Source: Chloroflexota bacterium (GTDB lineage Bacteria; Chloroflexota; Anaerolineae; Anaerolineales; UBA4823). From it: a DNA stretch of 64,000 bases. Made by a program: the position numbers and the translations under genes. Location of the stretch: positions 4,396,372 through 4,460,371 of the forward strand of contig CP070764.1 of NCBI GenBank assembly GCA_020349245.1, written 5' to 3'. Positions 1-9,690 of the stretch are shown one piece after another (within the stretch, counting starts at the first letter, position 1; each line of letters begins with the position of its first letter). Under the pieces are notes generated by a model. It ran no database searches. It was not told the origin of the DNA and saw only the letters and a list, made by a program, of their open reading frames with translations.

Positions 1-288
1 CAGCAGCAAAGTCATCAAAAACCAGCGCGGGGTGGCCCCAGTCGTGGCGATATCGTTTACGTTCACCTGGACGGCGTACCAACCTATCTCGTCTGTGGCA
101 AAGGTGATGGGGTCAGATTTAAAAACCAGCAGGTGGGATCCGAGATCCACCACCGCACAATCCAAACCGATTCCAGGACCGACCAAGATGCGATTATCCA
201 GGAGGGGAGTTTTTGCCAGCAGGCGAGCTAAATACGCTGGGGGTAATTTACCAACAGGAAAAGTTTTGGGAATTGATTTCAAGTTCAA
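1..288 (-). CDS. AIR synthase-related protein (PurM/ThiL/HypE superfamily), 5' part only; gene continues past window start
   Basis: My own minus-strand translation; the ORF is not in the track because it runs off the window. It reads (TTG)NLKSIPKTFPVGKLPPAYLARLLAKTPLLDNRILVGPGIGLDCAVVDLGSHLLVFKSDPITFATDEIGWYAVQVNVNDIATTGATPRWFLMTLLL with no stop to position 1. The G-x-D-x-AV and VNDIA motifs fit the family. The TTG start (288-286) overlaps the TGA stop of the upstream gene (TTGA). Confidence 0.6.
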   Translation of the reverse strand, partial: MNLKSIPKTFPVGKLPPAYLARLLAKTPLLDNRILVGPGIGLDCAVVDLGSHLLVFKSDPITFATDEIGWYAVQVNVNDIATTGATPRWFLMTLLL

Positions 289-485
289 TAACTTGTGATT
301 GTGGAGGTTGTGGGGGTTCTAGTTTCTCTTTGTTCATCATCCAATTCCATGCGCTCACCACATTTGCATGGATAACCTTGTGAGCAATCCCTGCAGCAGT
401 AAGGGCGTTTGGCGACCAGCACCGGTCCCCAGGTGATCTCAGCGCCACAACCATCACACCAGACCACCTTGTCATACCATGTCAT
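285..485 (-). CDS. small Cys-rich protein, metallothionein/zinc-finger-like (66 aa)
   Basis: ORF track entry. It has 9 Cys in 66 aa, arranged CDGCG...YCCRDCSQGYPCKCG. It overlaps the USP gene end by 14 nt and the next gene by 4 nt, so it looks like part of an operon. Confidence 0.55.
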   Translation of the reverse strand: MTWYDKVVWCDGCGAEITWGPVLVAKRPYCCRDCSQGYPCKCGERMELDDEQRETRTPTTSTITSY

Positions 486-1383
486 GGTTTTCTCCTTTCA
501 CAATCAGTACCGAACAACCAGCGTAATGTACCAGTTTTCGAGAAAGACTACCTAATAGCAGGCGCCTCATCTGACTGAGGCCGCGTGACCCGGCAACAAT
601 TAAATTGATTTGGTTTTGTTTTGTATAATCGATGATCTCTGTTGCGGCATCACCCCGCAAAAGGACGCTCTTCGCTTCGATCCCATAATCTCCAAGCATG
701 TTGACAGTCTCCGCCAGGAGTGCATTACCATGACGTTCTTCTTCCTCCGCTTGCCTGGCGAGAATTTCTTCGGTTTCATAAGACGGCATCGGAGCCATAG
801 ATTCTGAACCGGCTGGCCAAGAACGGGCGATTAAGGCCGGTGAAGGGGTCGGGGGCAGAACATGCATGACATGCAATTCAGTTAAATCCGGGATTGGGAA
901 ATGTCCCAGGTAGCGCAGTGCTCGTTGGCTGTGCACTGAGCCATCTGTGACCAGTAAGATACGCCGGATTCCTTCATAAGGTGCCCGCACAACCAGTACA
1001 GGATCATCTGCATACTCAACAATCTGTTGCACCACACCACCAAGTAGGATGCCCAAGGTCGCCCTGCGTCCTTTGGCACCGAGGACGATTAAATCTGGCA
1101 CCTGGCGAGCAGCATACTCGCTGATCTGCTCTGCCGGATAGCCGGTGAGCAGTTCAGTTTTCACTGAGGGTTTTATGCCCTTGAGAATTTCTTTGCTGTC
1201 TGCTAAGGCCTTTTCCAGCCGGGCATGGTCAGATGCATTTCGTGGGACGAGAACTGCCAGGATGGTTATGGTGCTCTCCCGGGGCAGCGGCAGATCACGG
1301 AGCAATTTTGCGGCTGCTTCTGAATGCTCTGATCCGTCTACAGCAAGAATTATGTTCATTTCATGAATTTTACGCGCGGTCAT
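472..1383 (-). CDS. universal stress protein, tandem Usp domains
   Basis: Two Usp-like halves: ILAVDGSEHSEAA ... GAKG, and LLVTDGSVHSQRA ... AGSRGLS ... GSLSRKLVHYAGCSVLIV. Confidence 0.85.
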   Translation of the reverse strand: MTARKIHEMNIILAVDGSEHSEAAAKLLRDLPLPRESTITILAVLVPRNASDHARLEKALADSKEILKGIKPSVKTELLTGYPAEQISEYAARQVPDLIVLGAKGRRATLGILLGGVVQQIVEYADDPVLVVRAPYEGIRRILLVTDGSVHSQRALRYLGHFPIPDLTELHVMHVLPPTPSPALIARSWPAGSESMAPMPSYETEEILARQAEEEERHGNALLAETVNMLGDYGIEAKSVLLRGDAATEIIDYTKQNQINLIVAGSRGLSQMRRLLLGSLSRKLVHYAGCSVLIVKGENHDMV

Positions 1384-2063
1384 CCTGCACCTCCATTCGT
1401 TCGATCTCCAGGTTTTTTCGGGAGCAACATCGGAGTTCTGGCTTTATACTCCAGGTAGGATACTCCAAATCTGATTTCCAGTTCTCGCTCTTCGTAAACT
1501 TTTAGGAACAAGAAGATCACCGGGCAAACAACAATTATTAACCACACGAGGAACAGGGTCGATTGGAGCCATAACCCTAAACCAATCAGAAATGCCAGGG
1601 CGCTCAGAACCATTGGATTGCGAGTCCAGGCATACATCCACTCAGTGGCAACCATCCGCGTCAAGGCGATGGCAAAGGGTGCCCCAAATCCCTTGACGGC
1701 TAAATTCAATACCACGATGAGTAGAAATATCCCACCGGCAACCATCAGCAGCAGACCCAACCAGGCCGGTATGGGTATGGACCAGGAAGGGGAATTCAAG
1801 CCAAATTTAGTGGCAGCGATCACCGAGGCTCCGAAAGATATCGCAACTAAGTAATGCAGGATAGTAGTCACAAAGTCTGCCCGCACAATGGTTGGCTGTT
1901 GATCCAAGGACCAGCGGCCGATCAATACGATGGGAATGATAAACAGAACCCCTCCCAGCGCAATTACAAAGGAAATTGCCAGACTAAATTCCTGGTTGAT
2001 CACCCACAACCAGGTGATCCACGACAATACGAAACCGAAGGTATTAATTAGCGCTCTTAGCAT
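1380..2063 (-). CDS. isoprenylcysteine carboxyl / phospholipid methyltransferase family membrane protein
   Basis: Multi-TM protein with a C-terminal TRNPM...YEERELEIRFGVSYLEYKARTPMLLP signature typical of the ICMT/PEMT family. Confidence 0.75.
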   Translation of the reverse strand: MLRALINTFGFVLSWITWLWVINQEFSLAISFVIALGGVLFIIPIVLIGRWSLDQQPTIVRADFVTTILHYLVAISFGASVIAATKFGLNSPSWSIPIPAWLGLLLMVAGGIFLLIVVLNLAVKGFGAPFAIALTRMVATEWMYAWTRNPMVLSALAFLIGLGLWLQSTLFLVWLIIVVCPVIFLFLKVYEERELEIRFGVSYLEYKARTPMLLPKKPGDRTNGGAG

Positions 2064-2325
2064 CTGTGCGACTCACCACTGATATCAGAAACCTTCAAAT
2101 GAACCGCAGATGATTTAAATAGAAATGCCTGATAGATGCACTGTTAATAGTTCATCAAGCCAGGCATACGCGACCAGCCGTTGAGTTCAAGAGTACTTAG
2201 CATGCCCAGCTGGATCAACTGAGCAGTTCGTTCTTTTAATCTAATATATCAAATTCCCAGGAGGATTTCAAGGGATAATCGTTGGGGGAGAATTGATCAG
2301 TCCTACCGCGTATGGAAATAGGCGC

Positions 2326-2589
2326 TTAATCTTCTTCCCCGGTGATTTTATACACCTTATCGTGATTGCGAACCCTTCGTTCAACTTTCACGGCGATCTC
2401 CTGGCCTTTACCGGCTTCCGTGATGGGTTGGTGCTCGATCTGCATGGATTCCACAACCTGTTGGAAATCGGTCGAACGTCCCAGGAAATGCACATGATCT
2501 CCGATTTTCAAGTTATCAAGAAGATCGATGACTGCAACCCCTATCCGGTTATAAAAATGATTTACTTCTCCAACAAGTTTCCCAGACAT
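2326..2589 (-). CDS. small EF-Tu domain-2-like beta-barrel protein (87 aa)
   Basis: The sequence GEVNHFYNRIGVAVIDLLDNLKIGDHVHF.G...FQQVVESMQIEHQPI resembles the translation-factor domain-2 fold. The overlapping plus-strand ORF 2293-2808 is low-complexity and was rejected. Confidence 0.5.
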   Translation of the reverse strand: MSGKLVGEVNHFYNRIGVAVIDLLDNLKIGDHVHFLGRSTDFQQVVESMQIEHQPITEAGKGQEIAVKVERRVRNHDKVYKITGEED

Positions 2590-2666
2590 TGTAAAGACCT
2601 CGTTTCATCCTTGTCTTGGATTTCCAAAGTGAACAATTTACACATAAGTTGTACTCCCATTCCAAC

Positions 2667-3429
2667 TCATGTGGATTCGTTTAGAAATGCAAACACTGAT
2701 TGGTTGAACATCTGTGGGTTATCCAGATTAGCCATGTGGTTGGCCTGCGGAATGATCTCTAGTCTGGCATTTGGAATGAGTTCTGCAAGCAATTTTCCTT
2801 GGGCGTGAGTCTGAGGGTTGTATTGGGCGATTATGACCAAGGTGGGTGCCTGGATGTTTTGCAGCTGCTCTTTGCTCGAAAAACTGAAGGCTGCACTCAT
2901 CACCCGAATACCTGTCTGGTGATCATATATGCTCATCTCTCCCTTGATAAACTCACCAATATCCTGGTTTGGATAACCATACCGTTTGGCTGACATATTG
3001 ACGAATACATCCTGTGGGATCAGCTTGAGGAAGAGCTTTGCCAGGATAGTTTCTAAACGCTCCTTGACTGAATCTTGGGTGCTAAAAGCTGTCTCGGCCA
3101 GAATCATCCGCTTGACGAGTCCTGGCTGCGTAATCGCTATTTGCTAGCATACCAGAATGCCCACAGACATGTAATTCCTGGATTCCCAATTCATCTAACC
3201 TGTGGACAACGCTTTCACCAAGCTTTTGTACGGTGTATTCTCCCGGGATATCCATATCACCAGCATGTGCTGGCAGGTCGCAGAGAATTACTTGATATCC
3301 ACTGCGCAGGGCTGAAATTTGAGGTTGCCACATTGCCTTGCTGACCAGAGCCCCATGGACCAGCAAAATTGGATAGCCTGAGCCAAAAACTTTCCAAGCG
3401 ATATTTGATTTCCCTTCGATGATCCTTAT
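2667..3429 (-). pseudogene. alpha/beta-fold hydrolase, disrupted (frameshift about 3140-3150; no canonical start codon)
   Basis: ORF 3082-3366 encodes ...PILLVHGALV...HVCGHSGM (nucleophile elbow GHSxG), then runs into nonsense. ORF 2667-3107, in another frame, continues ...QIAITQPGLVKRMILAETAF... to a normal hydrolase C-terminus (IIPQANHMANLDNPQ). The second frame opens directly after a TAG at 3144-3146. Homologous N-terminal coding (IIEGKSNIAWKVFGSGYPILL) extends upstream of 3366, but there is no ATG/GTG/TTG after the in-frame TGA at 3451-3453. Confidence 0.6.
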
Positions 3430-3459
3430 TTGAAAACCAAATCTATTAATTCATCACAC

Positions 3460-3502
3460 AATCAAACCGCCTTCTTGAGCCATGCAGGAAGGCGGTTTGA
3501 TT
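3460..3502 (-). terminator. perfect 15-bp stem hairpin downstream of the radical SAM gene
   Basis: aatcaaaccgccttc (3460-3474) pairs with gaaggcggtttgatt (3488-3502) across a 13-nt loop. The stem end and tail are U-rich on either strand. Confidence 0.5.
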
Positions 3503-3661
3503 TATCTGGGTCGGTGCAGCTACCTGCAGGGATGACAGGTTTTTTGACTCGTACCTGGCTATTTTGATTCTAGCACAGCAATTAACATTATGAATAAGAA
3601 TTGGCACTTGAAAAATAAGTGCAAAGCTCGCCATGGCCTCTATAGGAAAGTATGATCAAGC

Positions 3662-4564
3662 TCAGGAGTCATATAAGCCATATACTTGATCCGGTCCCAA
3701 GAAATTGTTATAACGTGCTCGCAGGGCAATCCTGGCAGAGTAACACAGGTGACAGGCGTCTGCAAAATTCTCCTCCAGAGACAGATCGTAGTTGCGCACC
3801 AGCTCAGCAGGACCACCGCTTAATAGTGGTCCGCAAATTGGATGCTGGTCAGGTTCATAGGTTGCGCAGATTTCTTTCAAGGGTTGGTCGAATAAATTAC
3901 CGATGCTTATTCCCTGGCAGATATGCAGGTTTCCCAACGGATCGAGGTGGATCCGTCCGGGTTCACGTAAATCTTCATATGGGCATTCGACAAATTCTCT
4001 CCAGGGATGTAAATTCGCTTTCCCGACCAGCTTCTCAGCAGCTCTACCGCGATACATCACGCCTGATTCATCCGGTGGCAGCTGCCCTATTGCAGGATCG
4101 GCATTGTCTTTTCCTGGTGGGGCGATGCTGATCGTGCCAATGGGGATTCCCAGCCTTTCTGCCGCTTGACAGGCATTTTTGGCTTGCAGACTGAGTATCT
4201 CATCATAATGAAATAAATCACTGCTCACAGAAAGATCCTGCAGCTTCCCAATGAAGGGATGCAGCCATTCTTCAGCGTCCTCAATGGTGATCGCCCAATA
4301 GCCATTGGATACAATCCCGACTGTGAAGCCTTTATCATTGGCAGATTTAACTGCTTTAACCAGGATCGGGTAGTAAAGAAATGGCTCCCCCCCCTCAAAG
4401 TATATTGATTCAATCGTTCCAGTTGCTTTTGCCTGCGTGAGAACATTTTCGAGTTGCACCATGGAAAACGTCCCGTTTTGCCAGGGACTTCCCCAGACAA
4501 AGCAGTGATCGCATTCGAAATTGCACTGGTAGGTAAGGAGTATGTGCAAGCCTGTTAATTCCAT
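3662..4564 (-). CDS. radical SAM protein
   Basis: N-terminal CNFECDHC (CxxxCxxC) within LLTYQCNFECDHCF, plus the GGEPFLY motif. There are additional C-terminal cysteines. Confidence 0.85.
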   Translation of the reverse strand: MELTGLHILLTYQCNFECDHCFVWGSPWQNGTFSMVQLENVLTQAKATGTIESIYFEGGEPFLYYPILVKAVKSANDKGFTVGIVSNGYWAITIEDAEEWLHPFIGKLQDLSVSSDLFHYDEILSLQAKNACQAAERLGIPIGTISIAPPGKDNADPAIGQLPPDESGVMYRGRAAEKLVGKANLHPWREFVECPYEDLREPGRIHLDPLGNLHICQGISIGNLFDQPLKEICATYEPDQHPICGPLLSGGPAELVRNYDLSLEENFADACHLCYSARIALRARYNNFLGPDQVYGLYDS

Positions 4565-4808
4565 TTATTCCTTCCTTTTAAGCATTTCGCTTGATGTTGC
4601 GAGGTTTCGCACGTTGGTGAACAGCTGCATATCTTTCCAGGATAAAGGTTACCGATTTTCTCCCCTCGAGACAAGTGTCAAACGTCAGGAATTCAGTGGG
4701 GCAAAGGGAGGGTTTCATTTGGCCAAAATTACCAAACTTTTCTCTCCGGGAAATGAAAACGGGTAAAATTGTCAAGATACCACGCCCCAAGGAGGCTATT
4801 ACCACCCG

Positions 4809-5576
4809 ATGAGCACATTTTATACGCCCGAAAGTGCAATGGTGATCGTTGCCCATCCCGATGATATTGAGTTCACCTGTGCCGGGACAGTTGCCCGGTG
4901 GGTTCAAGGAGGTTCGCGAGTTGCCTATGTTGTGTGTACCAGCGGAGAGGTTGGCATCGCGGAGATGGGGATGACGAAGGAAAAGGCGATGAAGATTCGC
5001 GAAGCTGAACAACTCGACGCGGCTGGATTGGTGGGCGTTAAAGATGTTGTCTTTTTAAGAGAACCGGATGGCATGCTTCAGGCCACACTGGAATTGAGAA
5101 AAAAATTGGTACGGGAGATCCGCCGGTTTAAACCAGAGATCGTTGTTTGCGGTGATCCAACGATCGTGTGGGCAGGCAATAGTTATATCAACCATCCTGA
5201 CCACCGGGCAGCGGCAACAGCGGCTCTGGATGCCACCTTCCCTGCGGCTGGGCAGCCAAACCTTTTTGAAGAATTAGCCGAAGAGGGTTTTAGCGCTCAC
5301 AAACCGCGCAAGGTGTATGTTACTGGTTGGAGTGGCAGTGATTTATTTGTCAATATTGAGGATACTATCGATCGAAAAATTGCAGCTTTACGAGCGCACA
5401 AGTCCCAGATGAGAGACTGGGACCCAGAACCGCGGATCAAGGAATGGGCAGCAGAGCGTGGCCAGGGAAAAGAAATGGCTTATGCTGAAGGGTATCGAGT
5501 GGTGACTCTGGTCAGTGATGAGGATTGGGAGAAGTCCAATGGGCGGGTTATCCTCGAAGAACCTCCAACTGCTTGA
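4809..5576 (+). CDS. PIG-L/LmbE family N-acetylglucosaminyl deacetylase
   Basis: AHPDDIEF motif near the N-terminus, plus HPDHR. Confidence 0.85.
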   Translation: MSTFYTPESAMVIVAHPDDIEFTCAGTVARWVQGGSRVAYVVCTSGEVGIAEMGMTKEKAMKIREAEQLDAAGLVGVKDVVFLREPDGMLQATLELRKKLVREIRRFKPEIVVCGDPTIVWAGNSYINHPDHRAAATAALDATFPAAGQPNLFEELAEEGFSAHKPRKVYVTGWSGSDLFVNIEDTIDRKIAALRAHKSQMRDWDPEPRIKEWAAERGQGKEMAYAEGYRVVTLVSDEDWEKSNGRVILEEPPTA

Positions 5577-5616
5577 TTTATAAATTTTCCCAAAGAGGGA
5601 TAGCGGTGATCAATTC

Positions 5617-6762
5617 CTATAATTCCATGAGGGCAGCTGCCAGCAGGGCAGTCCTGTCTGAAAAGGCAGGGAGATAAATATGTTCGTGGATCGCATGTGC
5701 CCCATCCCCCAAAGCACCTAAACCGTCCAGGGTTGGCACACCGAGTGCTGCAGTAAAATTGCCGTCGCTCCCGCCTCCCGTGGAACCTTCCTGGAGGTCC
5801 ATACCAAGTTGAGAGCCGATCTGCTGGACCTTGACGAACAGGTCTGCGATGGCTTTATTTCGGACCATCGGCGGTCGATTAAAACCGCCCTGTACGTCCA
5901 ATGTAATACCAGGAGACAGGGGCTGTATACTTCTCATTGCGCTTTCAATACGCTGAACTTCCATTTCCGTCCAAGCGCGCACATCAATTCTCGCTTCTGC
6001 GTAAGCAGGAACTACATTACTACGCGTTCCGCCTTTGACCACCCCGACAATTACTGATGTGCCTTTGCCCTGATCTGCGAAATCCTGGATATGCAGAATT
6101 TGCCTGGCAAGCTCGTCGATGGCGCTTATCCCCAGCTCTGGTTGGGTACCAGCGTGAGCGGCTCGCCCGCTGATTTTCAACCGGTAAATACCAACACCCT
6201 TGCGAGCTGTTTTTATTGCTCCCTCTGCTGTGGGAGGCTCAAGCACCAGGACATATTCTGATTGCAGGGCGAGCTCTTCGATGAGGTTTCTCGAAGTGTG
6301 GCTGCCGATCTCCTCGTCTGAGGTGAATAAGATTTCTATCGGCCGGGGGAGAATTTCACCAATTTCCAGAACCCCGCGCAAGGCGAATTCAGCCATCACG
6401 TGGCTGGCTTTCATATCATAAATCCCTGGTCCATATGCTTTGTCTCCATCGATCCGGTAGGGCTGGGTATTGATTGTGCCAAGGGGCCAAACTGTATCGT
6501 AATGCAACAGCAGCAAGCCTGGTTTTTTTTGTTCGTGACGCGGATTTTTGAAGGAGACCCTCAGGTGAATCCCGCTGGTCGGGTTTGGGATCAAAGTTGT
6601 ATCAGTTGCGAGAGGTGAAAAACGATCAGCCACGATCTGAATATAAGAGTCCAAGGAATCTTTATCTGTACTCGGAGATTCGTGAGTGACCAGCTGTTCC
6701 AAGACCTCCAACATCTTACTCTGGTACCCATCAATTTTCGTGTGCAGGTCGCTGTAATTCAT
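5617..6762 (-). CDS. M20 family metallopeptidase (carboxypeptidase G2 / deacylase-like)
   Basis: HYDTVWP, GIYDMKA and TSDEEIGS metal-ligand motifs. Length 381 aa. Confidence 0.8.
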   Translation of the reverse strand: MNYSDLHTKIDGYQSKMLEVLEQLVTHESPSTDKDSLDSYIQIVADRFSPLATDTTLIPNPTSGIHLRVSFKNPRHEQKKPGLLLLHYDTVWPLGTINTQPYRIDGDKAYGPGIYDMKASHVMAEFALRGVLEIGEILPRPIEILFTSDEEIGSHTSRNLIEELALQSEYVLVLEPPTAEGAIKTARKGVGIYRLKISGRAAHAGTQPELGISAIDELARQILHIQDFADQGKGTSVIVGVVKGGTRSNVVPAYAEARIDVRAWTEMEVQRIESAMRSIQPLSPGITLDVQGGFNRPPMVRNKAIADLFVKVQQIGSQLGMDLQEGSTGGGSDGNFTAALGVPTLDGLGALGDGAHAIHEHIYLPAFSDRTALLAAALMEL

Positions 6763-6864
6763 CTTGTTTTATCCCTATAATGTGTGCTCTTTTGATTGGA
6801 AAGAAAAATGCTGTGTGGCAATTAATTACTAAGTATAAGCCTCAGCAAAGCAATGCTATGCACC

Positions 6865-7884
6865 TCAATACCCCCGGTGGAGATCGATTAAGTTATACAA
6901 GTCTTTACCTTCCAGATAGCGGTTCAGGTTTTCCAGGAACAGGTCAACCGCCCGCTGATTGTATAGGCGGGAAACCCCGGCAATGTGGGGTGTTAGGATC
7001 ACATTGGGGAGATTCCATAAGGGATCATCTTCGGGCAGTGGTTCTTCAGGAAAAACATCCAGTGCAGCTCCAGCAATTTTCCCATCCATCAAGGCAACCT
7101 TAAGATCTTCGTGATTAATAATGCCTCCCCTGGAGACATCGATCAGGAAAGCAGTGGGTTTCATCGCCTCAAAATGTTTGTGATCGATCAGGTCTTGGCT
7201 GTTCTTGGTCAGCGGGAGGCTTACCACGACAAAGTCACATTCTTTCACCATGGATTGCAGTGCTTCGGCAGGGTAAAGCCGGTGAAAATAATCTCCATCT
7301 GGATCACCTAACCCTTCAATTGTATAGCCTGGATCTGCTGGATGCATGGCATTTTGTTTGGTGGCCAGCACAACCGTGCCGAAATGGTTCAGCAGCCTGG
7401 CTATCTCGCGACCGATACTACCGTATCCAACGATCCCCACGGTAGATTGACTTAATTCTAGCGGTGCATAATATTCGAGGCGGTCTGCACGCCACACGCC
7501 ACCCTTCTGATCTTCTAGGATCTGCGGCAGGCGGTGTCCCAAGGCCAAGATCATTTCAAGGGCATATTCTGCGACCTGGGGTGCCGAAGCACCGCTCATC
7601 GTCGTGGCAATCAGATCTGGCTTGTCCAAGATCGGTTCGTCCATGAATTGTTCGTTCCCCGCCCGGTAGAATTGGATCCATCTTAATTTTGGTGCAAGGT
7701 CAGGACTTGGAACGACTTTATGGGTGAAAAGAATTTCAACCTTCTGCCAAGCCTCCTGGGGAATATCATCAGTTTTTAGTGCCACGAAATGGTGTATTTT
7801 CAGTTTTTCAGATGCTGCTTGAATTTGGTGAAGTAATTCTGTTGGCAGGTGGAAAGATATTATTATTTCTTTTGGTGAATTCAT
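6865..7884 (-). CDS. D-isomer-specific 2-hydroxyacid dehydrogenase, NAD-binding
   Basis: GIVGYGSIGREIARL Rossmann motif. The catalytic region contains SRGGII, LDVF..EP and LTPHIAG. Confidence 0.85.
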   Translation of the reverse strand: MNSPKEIIISFHLPTELLHQIQAASEKLKIHHFVALKTDDIPQEAWQKVEILFTHKVVPSPDLAPKLRWIQFYRAGNEQFMDEPILDKPDLIATTMSGASAPQVAEYALEMILALGHRLPQILEDQKGGVWRADRLEYYAPLELSQSTVGIVGYGSIGREIARLLNHFGTVVLATKQNAMHPADPGYTIEGLGDPDGDYFHRLYPAEALQSMVKECDFVVVSLPLTKNSQDLIDHKHFEAMKPTAFLIDVSRGGIINHEDLKVALMDGKIAGAALDVFPEEPLPEDDPLWNLPNVILTPHIAGVSRLYNQRAVDLFLENLNRYLEGKDLYNLIDLHRGY

Positions 7885-8025
7885 GCTGGTTACCCGTGTG
7901 ATAACGTGGGATAAATGTGGGATATTTTGGGATAAGGATGCGATTCAGCCCTATTTGGGGAGGCAGGTATATTGGACTGCAGGCAGTGTATCAAAGTCAG
8001 TAATGATTGTCAAATTTCGGGCAGC

Positions 8026-9672
8026 TTATATCTGACCATCGACGATCTCCCCCAGATATCCCAATTCCGCCAGGGCGGCCAGCACTTTTTCCCGCGCGCC
8101 AGGTTTGACGATCACGGTGGTTGGTCCCAGCGGGTCACCCAGAAAGCGAGCAGCGCGGGAAGCACGCAGTTCCTGCAGAATATCTGGAGAACCAAGCCGG
8201 AGGATATAAACCTGCTCCATGCGGGCTTGCCTTCCGTGTTCTTGCCAGTGTACAAGGGCTTTTACCAGACTGGGTGGAACATGATCGGCATATTTACGCA
8301 GCAAGCTTAATAAATGGTCGGTGTGCAATCCGCTAATACTCGCCCGGCTTAATGAGGAAGGTGTCAGGTGGTATTGGTATGTTTCCCGCTTGATCCCATC
8401 CCATTCGCTGAACCTGGCAAGCTGATAACGAACTGAGCGTGGTACTCGGGGAGACACGATGACTCTTCCGTCGGAGTGCACCGAAATTTTATGATCTTCT
8501 CGAGGTAAATTCTCCGGCACCTGACCCTGCAGAAGCGCCTCTGCCCATCGAGAAAAGCGGAAAGCAGTTGGCAAATTCCCCTCCCGGGGAGCTGCAAGAT
8601 CGAGTATCCCCAACCAATGTAAAGGACCGCTGACCACAAATCGGATCAGCTCACCTTCTATTTGATCCCAGTTCTCAAAACCGCGCAGGTATTCTCCATG
8701 TTCCGCATGACGGATGAACCAGGAATCATAATCTCCAGCAGGTCGCTGAAAATCGGGATATTGCTGGTATATTGCGGTGACAAAGGAGGCAATATTCCAC
8801 CACTTCCCCTTTGGAATGTTTGCCATGAACTGCAGGATTGATTCTCGCGCTCGAAGTGGATCGTTGCTCCATTCGCCTTCGAAGAGTATATGGGGCAGGA
8901 AAGCGAGGTCATTGAGCTTAATGCTGCCCAGCCAATTCATCGCTAATTGTGCCAAGGCTGCTCCACGTCCAGCCTCAAGCAAGAAACGCACGGGTTCCGC
9001 TAATGGCTTTTCTTGCTTATCCAGCAAACCGGACTCCGATAACAGCATCTTCATGTACGGAATTGTCAGCGGGAAGCGCCCCGGGTAATCGTTGAGGGGG
9101 ATCTGCTGCTCGGGCAGTTCAAGACGCAGCGCGGCCAGAACTGTGCAGGTATCATCCAGGATTCGATCCGTGGCAGGGATCTGGTAGGCTTTTTCTCCAG
9201 GGGATGCTTCCCGGCCAAACTCTTGTCCGGCAAAATCTTCGTCAGCTTTAAGGAAAGGTATCAGATCTTGAGGAATATAGGCAAACTCCTCTGGACCGCG
9301 TGGGGAGTCAAAAAATGCACGTCCAACCAAGGCGCGATAGAATAAAAACTCAGCGGTCGAAACCGGGTTTAGGTATGGACGGTCGCGGTCCCTGCGCCCA
9401 GAGCCCATCTCGCGGATTTCACCATAGGCCCGGGTGAAGAATGCCCAGGGCAAGCGTCCACCGTTACGGATAAGATCTGCAACGGTAGTTCGGGCTTCAT
9501 CGGGCAGTGTCTCAATCAATTCGTCTACCAGTTGTTGATCAAGCATTAATGGGATTAATTTGTCTATACCCTGGCTGAGCTCGGCAGCTTTGAATTCGAT
9601 TCCCCACAATTCGGCTACAATCTGTAGATAACCCAGGTCATATGTCCCAAGGCTTTGAGCAAGATCGGGCAT
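8026..9672 (-). CDS. conserved hypothetical protein (548 aa); C-terminus possibly XPB/Ssl2-N-terminal-like helicase-associated domain
   Basis: Long clean ORF with protein-like composition. The functional guess comes only from a vague resemblance of the C-terminal ILRLGSPDILQELRASRAARFLG...VKPGAREKVLAALAELGY segment. Confidence 0.35.
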   Translation of the reverse strand: MPDLAQSLGTYDLGYLQIVAELWGIEFKAAELSQGIDKLIPLMLDQQLVDELIETLPDEARTTVADLIRNGGRLPWAFFTRAYGEIREMGSGRRDRDRPYLNPVSTAEFLFYRALVGRAFFDSPRGPEEFAYIPQDLIPFLKADEDFAGQEFGREASPGEKAYQIPATDRILDDTCTVLAALRLELPEQQIPLNDYPGRFPLTIPYMKMLLSESGLLDKQEKPLAEPVRFLLEAGRGAALAQLAMNWLGSIKLNDLAFLPHILFEGEWSNDPLRARESILQFMANIPKGKWWNIASFVTAIYQQYPDFQRPAGDYDSWFIRHAEHGEYLRGFENWDQIEGELIRFVVSGPLHWLGILDLAAPREGNLPTAFRFSRWAEALLQGQVPENLPREDHKISVHSDGRVIVSPRVPRSVRYQLARFSEWDGIKRETYQYHLTPSSLSRASISGLHTDHLLSLLRKYADHVPPSLVKALVHWQEHGRQARMEQVYILRLGSPDILQELRASRAARFLGDPLGPTTVIVKPGAREKVLAALAELGYLGEIVDGQI

Positions 9673-9690
9673 GATTGAATCTTAGTTCAG

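Noticed and set aside
32-298. Plus-strand ORF of 88 aa at the window start.
   Set aside because: The opposite strand encodes a clearly family-like AIR-synthase-related N-terminus with no stops to position 1. The plus-strand product has no recognisable features.
2293-2808. 171-aa plus-strand ORF.
   Set aside because: It overlaps two minus-strand genes, the EF-Tu-domain-2-like ORF and the hydrolase C-terminal half. Both have more protein-like sequence.
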